DNA of 64,000 nucleotides from a virus (Duplodnaviria; Heunggongvirae; Uroviricota; Caudoviricetes): IMG/VR virus record IMGVR_UViG_2740892427_000001; one strand, 5' to 3'. Shown piece by piece: positions 19,616 to 29,398 of this stretch (position 1 is its first letter; each line of letters starts with the position of its first letter). The notes under the pieces were generated by a model. It saw only the letters and a program-made list of their open reading frames with translations, ran no database searches and was not told where the DNA came from. The position numbers and the translations under genes were made by a program.

Positions 19616-20358
19616 TTACCATGTTCCCCATAGAGGGTTTTCCAATAATCTCGCCTCCAACGAATTGGTTACTATTGCCGTTTGCAACGTTGGTTGGGGA
19701 TAGTTTGCAAAGTCTGAATACTCATTTTCCTGCGTGACACGTTTATCTACGGCATGTTTAACGCCACTTGCTATGAAATGACGCATGATACCCAACAGCC
19801 TCCGACTGTCTGCACTATCGTTTGCTAAAACATGAGGGAGCTGAAGTTCGATTTCTACCATTTCTCCATACTTACCAACAAACTGTAGTTTGTCCGCACT
19901 GTACTTTTTATCCCTCCTTTGGATAAGGAAACCAGTAAAAGCATCACCTGGCGATGCCAAACTATCCACCCGCTTATTGGCAAGTCGAATAAGGTTCGTG
20001 AAAGCCATACAGTGATGCGCATCCATTGCCCCAAAGAACCCTTCGCTATCAATGTTAAGATCTTCAGTTTCATGGGTTGCGATAAACCCAGGCCCGACGT
20101 TGGGGAGATATCCCCCTCAACAAAAGGATTAATCAGGATCGGCGCAATACATCCAGGTGGTAGTGATTTCAAACTTTGCATCAATGGTGTCTCGGATATT
20201 AGACCAAGCAACGAGGCGAATTGTACTCCGTCAATATTGTTGCTGCCCCACAGAATACGTGGAGCCGAACCATTGGAAGTATGCCCATTGATCAGTTTTA
20301 TCGACTGCATCACTGCAAATACCTGCAAAAACTGCGAGCGGCTTAATTTAAACGACAT
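19616..20358 (-). CDS. hypothetical protein split into two overlapping frames (19855..20358 and 19616..20026) by an apparent frameshift
   Basis: adding one base in the C5 run 20112-20116 gives a continuous ~247-aa frame ...NPFVEGGYLPNVGPGFIATHETEDLNIDSEGFFGAMDAHHC... Confidence 0.35.
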
Positions 20359-22264
20359 AGCTGCGCCCCTCTTTAACTTCCAGCGTAATAGTTTCCCGGA
20401 ACCATGACTTCATCTCTTTATGGGAGATAATCAGCACAGTACCTCGCTCGCGAGCTTTGGACTCCAGAATACCCATGAGGCGTTCAAGACCGGCTGTATC
20501 GAGTGCATCGTCAATTTCGTCGCCGATAAACAAATCGATGTTTTTACTCGCCCGGTTACTAACCAGATCCTGCAATGCCAAAGAACACGCAATGCGAACC
20601 TTCCGCTTCTCACCACCAGAGAGGGTTTGGAACGACTTACTTGAACCTTTCTTCTGCACACTAATGTTGAATTTGTCGCGATACTCACCTTTTTTAGTGG
20701 TATCCATCGTCGACCACTCAGCAGTAATATTCCCGTCAGACAACGTATTGAGATACTCGGCAGTGCGTGTATTCAGGAAAGGCGTAACAGACGTCAAAAT
20801 ATGAGAACGCACCCCGGCAGGAGAGTAGACCTGACGAGCTTTTTCCAATAGCAACGTTTGTTCCTGAATAGCCTTCAACTCATCTTTTAAGGACTTTAAG
20901 GTAGACTTACTGGATACCAGGTTATCTTCGTGTCTGGCGATAAGAGCAATAAACGGATTAATCTCTTTTGATATACGATCGACCTCAGTACGAGCACGAG
21001 TCACAAGAGACTCAATAGCAACAACCTCCTTCTCACGATGACGCAAAGATGAGAGTTGTTTCGTAAGCTCTTCAATCCGGGCAATGATAGCCGTTACATC
21101 AGGTGTCGTTTTAACAAGGGCAGACTCAATGCTTAACGCTTTCTCAAGATTCGTTTTGTGTTTAGCCATTGCCTCTGCAAGTGTCTTCGCCTGACCAATT
21201 TCCTGACGTGCTTGTTCAATGAAACTCTCCTTCACCGTTGATAGATCTTCTTCGCAGTAGGCTTTGCCACAAGTAGGGCATGGTGATCCCACTTTAGTAC
21301 CAACCTCTTCTGCTTTGGTCTTAAAATTACGCGCGCGGTTCATTGCATCAGCCTGACTATTTTCTGTAGCTTTGATGCTTGCCCGAATATCAGTTATCGC
21401 ACCACGAACTTTGAGCAACTTGGCGTCATGTTCTTCTTTTGAGGCTAACTTTTTGCGCTCACTTTCGATTGCCTTCTCGGTATCACGTATCTGTTCGGGA
21501 AGAGTGCGGATCTCAAGTTCAACTTCCGTTAACTCAACTTCGGCACTGGCCAGCCCAGCCAGGGCATCGTCATAACGTTTAGAACGCTCTTGCTCCCATG
21601 ATTCAGAGGAGGCTTTCGCTGACTCAATTTCTGACTGTGTTGCCTCAATGGTCGAGATTGTCGACTCCAATTTGGTTTTAACCACGTCCATACGTGCGGC
21701 AGCTGCGTTAGCTCGTTCACGAGCAATAGCGTAGGCGCGTGTCAGTCTGTCAACGCCAGCGGCTTCTTCTACGATGGTTTTGAGGTTTTTGTCGGACATT
21801 CCAGGTAGATCTGGCATTGCTTCCTGACTGGCGTAGATGGACGCCATGAACACCTCTTTCGATGCACCAATCAGGCGTTCAACGAACTCCTGCGTCAGCG
21901 TGTCCTTGCCTTTGGTCATGTCACCGTCTTCACCGCGGACGATCAGCCGGTTCTTGAACTCTTTGTGTTTACGGTGACGAATGATCGCGTATCTCTTGCC
22001 TTCATCCTCAACAGTCACCATTACACGACAGTTTTTCTCGTAGCCTGTAGACAGCACGTCGTCACCTTTGACTCCATGCGCAGTTTCGCCATACAGACAC
22101 CACATCAGGCTGTTCATCAAAGTAGATTTACCAGCGCCATTACTTGATGCGGAACTATCATCACTATTAACACCCTGAATGAGCACTAAACCACGCTGAT
22201 CTAACTCGACCTCCGCGCTGGCGATAGCCATAAAATTCTCAACCTGGAGCTTTAAAAACTTCAT
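20348..22264 (-). CDS. SbcC/Rad50-like recombination ATPase (T4 gp46-like)
   Basis: N-terminal Walker A NGAGKSTLMNS, long coiled-coil middle, C-terminal LSGGEKRKVRIACSLA signature and LFIGDEIDDALD Walker B. Confidence 0.85.
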   Translation of the reverse strand: MKFLKLQVENFMAIASAEVELDQRGLVLIQGVNSDDSSASSNGAGKSTLMNSLMWCLYGETAHGVKGDDVLSTGYEKNCRVMVTVEDEGKRYAIIRHRKHKEFKNRLIVRGEDGDMTKGKDTLTQEFVERLIGASKEVFMASIYASQEAMPDLPGMSDKNLKTIVEEAAGVDRLTRAYAIARERANAAAARMDVVKTKLESTISTIEATQSEIESAKASSESWEQERSKRYDDALAGLASAEVELTEVELEIRTLPEQIRDTEKAIESERKKLASKEEHDAKLLKVRGAITDIRASIKATENSQADAMNRARNFKTKAEEVGTKVGSPCPTCGKAYCEEDLSTVKESFIEQARQEIGQAKTLAEAMAKHKTNLEKALSIESALVKTTPDVTAIIARIEELTKQLSSLRHREKEVVAIESLVTRARTEVDRISKEINPFIALIARHEDNLVSSKSTLKSLKDELKAIQEQTLLLEKARQVYSPAGVRSHILTSVTPFLNTRTAEYLNTLSDGNITAEWSTMDTTKKGEYRDKFNISVQKKGSSKSFQTLSGGEKRKVRIACSLALQDLVSNRASKNIDLFIGDEIDDALDTAGLERLMGILESKARERGTVLIISHKEMKSWFRETITLEVKEGRSYVV

Positions 22265-22539
22265 ATAACACCTCTGATACCGTGTGTTAGCTTTTGGCCT
22301 TCTTTCAATCTGAACTCCGTATGCGCCGGGAAGGATCTGCGCCTCAATACGCCTTTTCTTGTTAACCTTCCAAGATAAAACGCTACGGGATTTCCTTGTG
22401 GCGGGTAGGGCTTGTGAAACATCACCGTCTGGCCTCGTTCAAGTCTTTTCATCGCGATGGCAAAGTCTCGAAAGCTCCCATAACGACTTTGCTTCACATA
22501 GCCTCCGAACTCTCCGCTTCGGTGAGGATTTCCTGACAC
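22261..22539 (-). CDS. small hypothetical protein (92 aa), overlaps the 3' end of the SbcD-like gene
   Basis: ORF with ATGA coupling to the SbcC-like start. Confidence 0.3.
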   Translation of the reverse strand: MSGNPHRSGEFGGYVKQSRYGSFRDFAIAMKRLERGQTVMFHKPYPPQGNPVAFYLGRLTRKGVLRRRSFPAHTEFRLKEGQKLTHGIRGVI

Positions 22540-23579
22540 AAAATATCCAATTTGCTCAGATCAAATCCGCCGTCAGTATCGTGGACAATCTTGCAATAAG
22601 CAGATACCGACTCTCCCAGGCTATCGATTTTGCTGGTTTCAGTTGTGCTGGCTGTCCCTTCCATCATTGATGACTTACGGATGAAGTTGCACACGACACC
22701 TTTTGCACCCATTGTTTTGAGGATGTTCTGGTACTTAATGCCTTCTTCATCGTTCTCAATTACGGCGCGGAAACGCACGTAGTTGCCGCGAATTTGGTCA
22801 TCAGCAACATCATCTTCCAGGTTAATGAATTTAGGCGCACTGGTTTCGTAGTGACTGAAACTGCCGTCCGGGTTTACGATCATGTAGCCAGCCAGAGATC
22901 CAACATCTCCCCAATTTTGATGAGTCAGTGCACCGACACTGATAACTCCAGGAATGACCTCTTTGTGGTTGTGGTAATGCCCACTAAGCACGAGACGAAA
23001 GCCGATATCCTTTAACTCCTGCGCATCGATACCGACGTCAGGCATTGTTGGAATGGCTTTGTTAATGGATGTATGGATAACAACGTCATGATTGTCACCT
23101 TCTACGCTCTTACGTAATGCTTTCAGATCGCTGATAAGCTCCGCATGATTGTTACGCCAGCTAATCAGGTGGACAGTCACATCACCAATTTTTATTGAGT
23201 GTGGGCGCTTGCCACATACGATTACCACGCCGATAGAACTCAGCGATGCTGCTGCGTTGGCGCTATATACTGAATCGTTGGTTTCAAGATCGTGATTACC
23301 GGCCAGCATTACTACTGTCAGATCAAGCTCGTTGATAATCCACTTGTACGTTTCAGTTACGTAATGCAAAACAGAAGGGGACACAGTTCCTCGGACGTGA
23401 AATGTATCACCGGCAACCAACATGTACTTACAACCGGCCTTCTTCATGGCGATGGCTGCTTCTTTCGTTGCTTCCAACTGTATTTCAAGTCTGGAGTTAA
23501 GCCCCTCAGCGTTCGTCGTGGAGAACGCATCCCATTTGTGGTAGTGGCAGTCAGAAATGACGCCGTATGGCAAAGTCAT
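22494..23579 (-). CDS. SbcD/Mre11-like nuclease (T4 gp47-like)
   Basis: phosphoesterase motifs DCHYH, AGDTFH, AGNHD, GHYHN; start set to ATG 23579 with CCACAAAGGAAAAACAC upstream. Confidence 0.85.
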   Translation of the reverse strand: MTLPYGVISDCHYHKWDAFSTTNAEGLNSRLEIQLEATKEAAIAMKKAGCKYMLVAGDTFHVRGTVSPSVLHYVTETYKWIINELDLTVVMLAGNHDLETNDSVYSANAAASLSSIGVVIVCGKRPHSIKIGDVTVHLISWRNNHAELISDLKALRKSVEGDNHDVVIHTSINKAIPTMPDVGIDAQELKDIGFRLVLSGHYHNHKEVIPGVISVGALTHQNWGDVGSLAGYMIVNPDGSFSHYETSAPKFINLEDDVADDQIRGNYVRFRAVIENDEEGIKYQNILKTMGAKGVVCNFIRKSSMMEGTASTTETSKIDSLGESVSAYCKIVHDTDGGFDLSKLDILCQEILTEAESSEAM

Positions 23580-23805
23580 GTGTTTTTCCTTTGTGGTTAT
23601 TTTGATACAGATATTAAGTGTGTTTGAGAGGCGAACAATCCAGATAACACGGCCATTAAGAATGTTCACAGACACATGATTATGGCAAATTCATAGGTAA
23701 GTGAATACCTATTTTTATGGACAGCAAAGACTTCTAGATGTTACAAGCCACTCTATAATCGCAGTCACTTAATGATGACAACCAAACGAAAAAGGAGAAC
23801 TGACG

Positions 23806-24309
23806 GTGAAACGCGTAATTATAGGGACGATGGCCATTGCTCTGATCGGATGCGTACCAAAACCACCTCAAGATGAAAAGTCAGCTGGCGGGTACGTTGA
23901 TATTTACTCCACTTCAAGCGTAGCAATTGCCCAAGACAGAGCCGACAAATTGTGTGGAAGCCATGCCTATTATGTCTCTAACGACAATGATTTAACCAAA
24001 GTCATGGGTAGATACGCGCCTTCATTCCCAAAAATCAGGTTCAACTGTGATCTTGAAATGGCCGCTTATCTGGGCAGCAAAGAGGCAAAGGAGATCAAAA
24101 TGAAACGCATAGAGGAAGCCTACAAGGAGATGTACAAGGCCCAATATGAGCTGAAAGAAGTGCGCCGTAAGAACGCTGATCCGAAGAAGCTGGAGTCTTA
24201 CACAGAACGCGATCCGGACGGTACTATTCGCAGCTACAGCTTCTTGAATGGCAAGTCGTGCGAATCAATCGTGTACCCAGACGGCACGGGCAAAACGACT
24301 TGTGATTAA
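23806..24309 (+). CDS. putative lipoprotein (167 aa), GTG start
   Basis: lipobox-like ALIGC after hydrophobic N-terminus; AAAGGAG RBS. Confidence 0.55.
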   Translation: MKRVIIGTMAIALIGCVPKPPQDEKSAGGYVDIYSTSSVAIAQDRADKLCGSHAYYVSNDNDLTKVMGRYAPSFPKIRFNCDLEMAAYLGSKEAKEIKMKRIEEAYKEMYKAQYELKEVRRKNADPKKLESYTERDPDGTIRSYSFLNGKSCESIVYPDGTGKTTCD

Positions 24310-24317
24310 TTCTTCAG

Positions 24318-24345
24318 GAGCACCTCGTATGGGGTGCTTTTTATT
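24318..24345 (+). terminator. rho-independent terminator AGCACC-loop-GGTGCT + TTTTTATTTT
   Basis: hairpin plus T-run after the lipoprotein gene. Confidence 0.6.
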
Positions 24346-24351
24346 TTGGGT

Positions 24352-24781
24352 CGCGAAACAGCATGTCGGCCATTTGCGAGGATTTGACGTAGCACTTTGC
24401 CATCATCGGCTGACTAGGGTTTGATGCGATCATGTCGGACACCAGCATTGACCCATAGCCTTTTCCGCGAAGCTCTTTGACAATACTGACGGCACGGAGT
24501 TCAAGTCAAGGTGCGCCAGTCGGATCGAGTGCGGCACAGAACCAGATTAGTCCTACTTTTTGTCATCAGAACGATGCAGCAGGATGTAGATAAAATGCCC
24601 GGAGTATTGGCCCCGCTCGTTCGTCTTGATTGCCAGTCTGGTCTGCTGCTCAAAGGTTTTACCCCCCCTTTGATGTGAGGATCTCTTCGTAGAAGTGACC
24701 TTTGCGTGCGCCGTCCTCGAACTCAGCCATGATAAAAGGCATGTCTGTCACAGTTGCTGCCCTTGAATAAAATTCACTCAT
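24352..24781 (-). pseudogene. degraded GNAT-family acetyltransferase (fragments in three frames)
   Basis: fragments MSEFYSRAATVTDMPFIMAEFEDGARKGHFYEEIL and VSIVKELRGKGYGSMLVSDM (R-x-x-G-x-G motif) in different frames; frame break at C7 run 24662-24668. Confidence 0.4.
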
Positions 24782-24856
24782 GTATTAATCCTAAAAGCCC
24801 TCAGTGTCTTTCTAATGCACCATATTTTATGCCTCGGTTAAACCCTGAGATTACGT

Positions 24857-25501
24857 TTAAAACGTCTCAGTGGGCTTTTTACGCGCTGCGTTTATGCTTA
24901 TGACGCCAGCTTTTGGACGTGGGTCAACAAGGTTAAGCTCTTCTTCACTGTGGTATTCGAGGTCGAACTCACGTTTTACATGTCTGATGTAGATTGCGGT
25001 GAGCAGGCTATCTTTGGTCAGGAAGTGTCCGTAGGATTTGCGGATCACTTCTTCTACCTTCTCGATTTTCTCACCACCCATACAGAGATGATTAAACCGG
25101 CTGTGTTTCCGCAACATTTCGTCTACTGGGCCTGAGTAAACCTTGTCTACTTTCCCAAAACGGATGATTTTCCCTGTGTCTGCGGATACAAGGCAAATCA
25201 GCTTGTCTGGTGATAAACGATCTTGCCACGTCACACCTGAACGGAGTGTGTTGAAGTAGGGTGCATCCAATCCGATGATCGGTTTACGAAATGCGAGCAA
25301 TGGAACGTACCTGATGCAACTGTTTAAATGAAAATTCACACCAGCCTTATCAAGTTTAATTCTGGTTTCGTAGATCGGGCACTTCGCCGCTATACCGCAG
25401 ATGTCACAAAGCAACTTCTGCTTATTCAGGTTGGAATTTGATTCGATAGTGTAGGAGCCGTCCTCAAGACGACGAACCCAGCGCGTGCGTTTTAGATCCA
25501 T
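24857..25501 (-). CDS. hypothetical protein (214 aa), Cys-containing N-terminal region
   Basis: ORF next to the replicon origin. Confidence 0.5.
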   Translation of the reverse strand: MDLKRTRWVRRLEDGSYTIESNSNLNKQKLLCDICGIAAKCPIYETRIKLDKAGVNFHLNSCIRYVPLLAFRKPIIGLDAPYFNTLRSGVTWQDRLSPDKLICLVSADTGKIIRFGKVDKVYSGPVDEMLRKHSRFNHLCMGGEKIEKVEEVIRKSYGHFLTKDSLLTAIYIRHVKREFDLEYHSEEELNLVDPRPKAGVISINAARKKPTETF

Positions 25502-25702
25502 AATCGTTTTTTCAGTAGTTATTGGCCGATGCTACGATAACTCATTAGGCATACCTTAATCTGCATTTGCCTGTTTTACTTATCCCAGTTATCCACTGGA
25601 TAGATCCAAATAAGAGATCCCAAGTAAGATCAAATAGAAGATCCAAAGAGATCCCCGATCGCCTCTAGCCGTTGCGGTTACTGGTCTGAAAGGGTGTTGC
25701 CA

Positions 25703-25804
25703 TCCACTATGGAGAGCAAAGAAACCTCTGTAGAGAGCTGAATAACCGCTATGAAGAGTAAAACAACCACTCTGGAGAGCTGTATATATCCACTGTAGAG
25801 AGTA
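25703..25804. repeat. iteron array A: 5 direct repeats, ~21-22 bp period, consensus aaCCACTnTRGAGAGc
   Basis: atccactatggagagca / aacctctgtagagagc / aaccgctatgaagagta / aaccactctggagagc / atccactgtagagagta. Confidence 0.8.
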
Positions 25805-25818
25805 GAGCACATTGTCTT

Positions 25819-25969
25819 TTATGGATAACTTAATGACTTAATTCTTCATTAACATACTGATATACATAGATATATTTTAAACTCTACTCTTAGTCATGAT
25901 TCTTATGTCCTTAAATATCCACAGAAGAGTAGAGTTACCTGTTCTTGAAATCCTCTGATTTTATCCACA
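25819..25969. promoter_or_regulatory. AT-rich segment with DnaA-box-like sites (TTATCCACA at 25961-25969; ATATCCACA at 25915-25923; TTATGGATA at 25819-25827) between iteron arrays
   Basis: exact DnaA-box consensus at 25961-25969; GATC clusters on both sides (25600-25680 and 25975-26040). Confidence 0.55.
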
Positions 25970-26081
25970 GGCCCGATCCAGTAATTCAGATCACAAAGAG
26001 AACCAAAGAGACCCATAAAGACCCAATAAGATCCCCGCCCACCTCAAACCGTTGCGCCATCTGCCTTCAGACATGATCGAT

Positions 26082-26204
26082 ATCCACTATAGAGAGCGAA
26101 TAATCCACTATAGGGAGCAAAGCAACCACTATAGAGAGGAGAAAAACCACTATAGACGGTAGGATAACCGCTGTGATGAGTGCTACTATCCACTGTAATC
26201 AGCA
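26082..26204. repeat. iteron array B: 6 direct repeats immediately upstream of repA
   Basis: atccactatagagagcg / atccactatagggagca / aaccactatagagagga / aaccactatagacggta / aaccgctgtgatgagtg / atccactgtaatcagca. Confidence 0.8.
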
Positions 26205-26243
26205 AAGGCCACCAAAGCCGTCGAATAACAAGAGACATTTGGA

Positions 26244-27299
26244 ATGAGCGAAAACGGCAATAAAAACATAGCGATCGTTGAAGCATTTTCAGAAACAGAT
26301 AAAAAGACAGGCGAAGTTGTTACGTTGGTTCCTAACACTAATAACACTGTTCAGCCTGTTGCTTTGATGCGTCTGGGCCTCTTCGTTCCGACGCTGAAAT
26401 CGACATCCAGAGGAAGAAAGGGGCAAATGGTCTCTATGGATGCCTCTGCTGAACTCAAACAGCTGTCTCTGGCAAAAGCCGAAGGGTACGAAGACATAAG
26501 GATCTCTGGCCTTCGGCTTGATATGGATAACGACTTTAAAACGTGGGTGGGAATAATCCACGCGTTTGCCAAACACAAGGTCGTTGGCGATACTGTCACG
26601 TTGCCGTTCGTTGAGTTTGTAAGGCTGTGTGGCATTCCGACCGCCAGGTCATCAGCGAAGTTACGCAAACGCCTGGACAGTTCGCTAAGCCGTATTGCCA
26701 CAAATACCATCTCGTTCCGTAGCAAAGGCTCTGATGAGTTTTACGTAACGCATCTTGTGCAAACGGCAAAATATAGTGTCAAGCACGATACGGTCGAACT
26801 GAAAGCAGATCCCAAGATTTTCGAACTCTACCAGTTCGACAAAAAGGTTCTTCTGCAACTCCGGGCTATAAACGAACTCTCAAGAAAAGAATCCGCTCAG
26901 GCGCTTTATACTTTTATTGAAAGTTTGCCGCCTGATCCGGCACCAATATCACTAGCTCGTTTACGCGCCAGACTTAATCTGACAAGTCGCACTATTACTC
27001 AGAATGCGACGGTAAGAAAGGCTATGGAACAGCTGCGAGAGATAGGATATCTCGATTACACGGAAGTTAAGCGCGGAAACTCGGTCTACTTCATCATCCA
27101 CTATAGGCGGCCAAAGTTACGCCAGGCACAAATATCAACAAAAATCGATAATGATGAGACGGAATATAGCCTCCCAGATGAGAATCAAGATGACATTATC
27201 GACGTTGTGCCTGACGAAAAAGAAGGCAAAATGGTCATGTTGAGTAAAGAAGAACTGGCGCTTCTCGAAGAGTTGCGCAAGGCAAAGACTCGCAAATAG
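26244..27299 (+). CDS. repA: plasmid-type replication initiator (iteron-binding RepA-like)
   Basis: 351-aa protein flanked on both sides by arrays of its presumptive binding sites; call rests on this RepFIB/P1-like organisation. Confidence 0.75.
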   Translation: MSENGNKNIAIVEAFSETDKKTGEVVTLVPNTNNTVQPVALMRLGLFVPTLKSTSRGRKGQMVSMDASAELKQLSLAKAEGYEDIRISGLRLDMDNDFKTWVGIIHAFAKHKVVGDTVTLPFVEFVRLCGIPTARSSAKLRKRLDSSLSRIATNTISFRSKGSDEFYVTHLVQTAKYSVKHDTVELKADPKIFELYQFDKKVLLQLRAINELSRKESAQALYTFIESLPPDPAPISLARLRARLNLTSRTITQNATVRKAMEQLREIGYLDYTEVKRGNSVYFIIHYRRPKLRQAQISTKIDNDETEYSLPDENQDDIIDVVPDEKEGKMVMLSKEELALLEELRKAKTRK

Positions 27300-27302
27300 C
27301 CC

Positions 27303-27782
27303 AACCACTGTAGTTAGTAGTAAGGCTCACTATCCACTGTAGTGAGCCTTACTTATATCTGTAATTCGCTATCCACTATAGTGAGTATCGTTATCTGTTG
27401 ATAACCACTGTAGGCAGTAGAATGCAAATACTGAATTAAATGTTAGTGATCACTAACACTGATGAAACAAGGGCTGCGAGGTTAGTGGTCACTGGGTATC
27501 TTGGAAAATTTACTGTCTATAGTGGTTGTTGTCGCCCTCATCTTTGAGCGTATCCACTGTGGCGAGTGGATATCCACTGAAAACAGCAAAGGCTTACTCA
27601 CCATAGTGGATACCCGCTGGACATCTCACTCCAATACTCACCATAGTGGTTGTTTGATGCGAATGAAAGGCTGTCTACTCGCTACAGTGGTTAGCAGATA
27701 TGTAGGAAGAGAGGACTGCAGACCACAGTGGATAATGAGCTGATACGAATGCGGTGAGCTGGCTACTCACCGCAGTGGTTGG
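27303..27782. repeat. iteron array C: ~12 iteron copies in both orientations downstream of repA (copy-control-like)
   Basis: repeated CCACTGTAG / CTACAGTGG / CCACTATAG cores, e.g. 27332-27348, 27371-27387, 27552-27568, 27637-27653, 27766-27782. Confidence 0.75.
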
Positions 27783-27787
27783 TGCTA

Positions 27788-28000
27788 TTAGTGTATTTTC
27801 TTCAACAGGCCCCAAAGTGTTCCGGCTTTTGTAGTCAGTTTTCCTGTTTCTGGATCGTACATACGCCATTCACGCCGCTGGTGGACGATATACCCATCTT
27901 CACGTTCCAGACGCTCAAGAATGCCAGGCTGCTTGAAACCCTTAGCACGCCAGTAGCCGCTTGTTTTCTCGATTTCCAGACCTGCCAGTGTTAATGCCAT
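27788..28000 (-). CDS. hypothetical protein (70 aa)
   Basis: ORF. Confidence 0.4.
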   Translation of the reverse strand: MALTLAGLEIEKTSGYWRAKGFKQPGILERLEREDGYIVHQRREWRMYDPETGKLTTKAGTLWGLLKKIH

Positions 28001-28335
28001 TATCCAACCTCCTTGCAGTCATCGAAAAGGTAGCTTTGCTGAGAAGCGTGAACGCCATAGAAGCCCTTGTATTTGTTGTATACGAAGTGGTCTTCTCCGA
28101 CGCCGGTTAATTTGCCATTACGATTTGTGAGATATGGGGATGACAACACTCGATCGTCACGCACAACATAGAACTGGTCGCCGCTGTCTACGACCATCGC
28201 TCCATATGGTGCTTTTATGACGTCGGTAAGAGCGCCATTCTTAACGTCGGCTACAGACATTTCACACTGATAAACAGTGGTGTCGGCCACAACGATCGAG
28301 GAAAGGAACAACAGAGCGAATGGGATGGCCTTCAT
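28000..28335 (-). CDS. secreted/periplasmic hypothetical protein (111 aa)
   Basis: N-terminal signal peptide MKAIPFALLFLSSIVVA. Confidence 0.5.
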   Translation of the reverse strand: MKAIPFALLFLSSIVVADTTVYQCEMSVADVKNGALTDVIKAPYGAMVVDSGDQFYVVRDDRVLSSPYLTNRNGKLTGVGEDHFVYNKYKGFYGVHASQQSYLFDDCKEVG

Positions 28336-28511
28336 GCTGCCACCTCTTTGATTACATCAAATGCTGAATTAAATACGAGCACGATAGCCAAAGCGTTTAT
28401 GACTACGTCGTTCACCGGGGAAAAGACTTTACGAATGACACCGGTGAAAATGCAGTCGATGACAAAAGCTATTGAAACGATGAGTAACAAGTATTCAATA
28501 AAAATCTTCAT
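28332..28511 (-). CDS. small membrane protein (59 aa), below the ORF-track size cutoff
   Basis: ATG 28511, hydrophobic MKIFIEYLLLIVSIAFVIDCIF..., TGA overlapping downstream ATG. Confidence 0.3.
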   Translation of the reverse strand: MKIFIEYLLLIVSIAFVIDCIFTGVIRKVFSPVNDVVINALAIVLVFNSAFDVIKEVAA

Positions 28512-28550
28512 GATAGGTAGATACTAACTTATATAAATTTTACTGTAAAC

Positions 28551-28826
28551 TCACTCAAAAGTGCTGATGCTTAAAATACGCTCAAGATGTGCGGCATCTT
28601 CATCACTGATTTGTTGAGTCTCTTCTACGTACCAACAGTTGCCGTTATGCCAACAAACACCATCATCATCAACCATCACTGAATCAGCGTCATGACCTGT
28701 ATATTCAACGAGAATACGCTGGATCAGCGCGTCAGTTTCTTCGTCGTTAAGGCCATCGGCTTTGACCATAAAAAGCGGAAACACGTCATAGACAGTGCTG
28801 GTAACGATTCGAACTAAAACTCTCAT
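28551..28826 (-). CDS. hypothetical protein (91 aa)
   Basis: ORF with CCACAAAAGGAAAAACAC-ATG initiation region. Confidence 0.5.
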   Translation of the reverse strand: MRVLVRIVTSTVYDVFPLFMVKADGLNDEETDALIQRILVEYTGHDADSVMVDDDGVCWHNGNCWYVEETQQISDEDAAHLERILSISTFE

Positions 28827-28881
28827 GTGTTTTTCCTTTTGTGGTTAGTGTTTACTTATTTTGTTAGTTATGAATAGGCGA

Positions 28882-29307
28882 TCAATCTTCTTGTTTAGGG
28901 AAAAACTGTTCAATAACTCTGTCAACGGCTGTGTCTATATGGAGTAGATGCCACACAACCATATCTTTGCTTCCCATGCCTTGTGTGAATATCACGTCAT
29001 ACTTACGCCATGCGCAGTGGAACCAATATGCTGAGTCATCAATTGGTAAATCCTCTCCCGCCTCTTTGAAGTATTTCAGCAGCATTGCCTGCTCTGCCGT
29101 TGGCGTTGGACCTATTTCCTGAGCGTACATACGGATGAATCGCTGCCAGTCTGTCTCGTCGGGGGTTGGATCTGGTGGGGTCATTTCTGCGATAGCGTTT
29201 CGTAGCTGATGCGCCCAATCAGGTTCAGGAAAGCCTTTTGCTACTTCATCATCAATAACATCCAGAGCCACGTTTGCGGCATCGTAGAGTTTCTTAATAG
29301 CTGTCAT
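28882..29307 (-). CDS. hypothetical protein (141 aa)
   Basis: ORF; AAACAAATTGTTT palindrome upstream. Confidence 0.5.
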   Translation of the reverse strand: MTAIKKLYDAANVALDVIDDEVAKGFPEPDWAHQLRNAIAEMTPPDPTPDETDWQRFIRMYAQEIGPTPTAEQAMLLKYFKEAGEDLPIDDSAYWFHCAWRKYDVIFTQGMGSKDMVVWHLLHIDTAVDRVIEQFFPKQED

Positions 29308-29362
29308 GTTTTCTTATCCTTTTAAACAAATTGTTTTCTTAATAAGATAATTGCGATAAAAA

Positions 29363-29382
29363 AGGCGTCCAACTGGACGCCT
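29363..29382. terminator. stem-loop AGGCGTCCaactGGACGCCT flanked by A-run and T-run (bidirectional terminator-like)
   Basis: 8-bp GC-rich stem, aaaaa upstream and tgaacttttt downstream. Confidence 0.6.
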
Positions 29383-29398
29383 GAACTTTTTAGGGGAG

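Noticed and set aside
26103-26119. T7-promoter-like 12-mer CACTATAGGGAG inside an iteron (and ACTCACTATAGTGGA at 27371-27387 on the other strand)
   Set aside because: Part of the regular ~21-bp iteron array, with many variants lacking the match; no single-subunit RNA polymerase gene is visible in this window. Treated as coincidental.
25589-26286. ORFs 25589..25810 and 26044..26286 (Tyr/Ser/Leu-rich translations)
   Set aside because: They lie entirely over the iteron arrays; the repetitive low-complexity translation is a by-product of the direct repeats.
25700-27790. Possible CRISPR array (regular short repeats)
   Set aside because: Repeats are ~17 bp with ~4-5-bp spacers, occur in both orientations and flank a rep gene; no cas genes. 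This is iteron architecture.
27501-27869. ORFs 27501..27743 and 27675..27869
   Set aside because: Overlap the downstream inverted iteron array; no RBS; translations dominated by repeat-derived HSG/TVV motifs.
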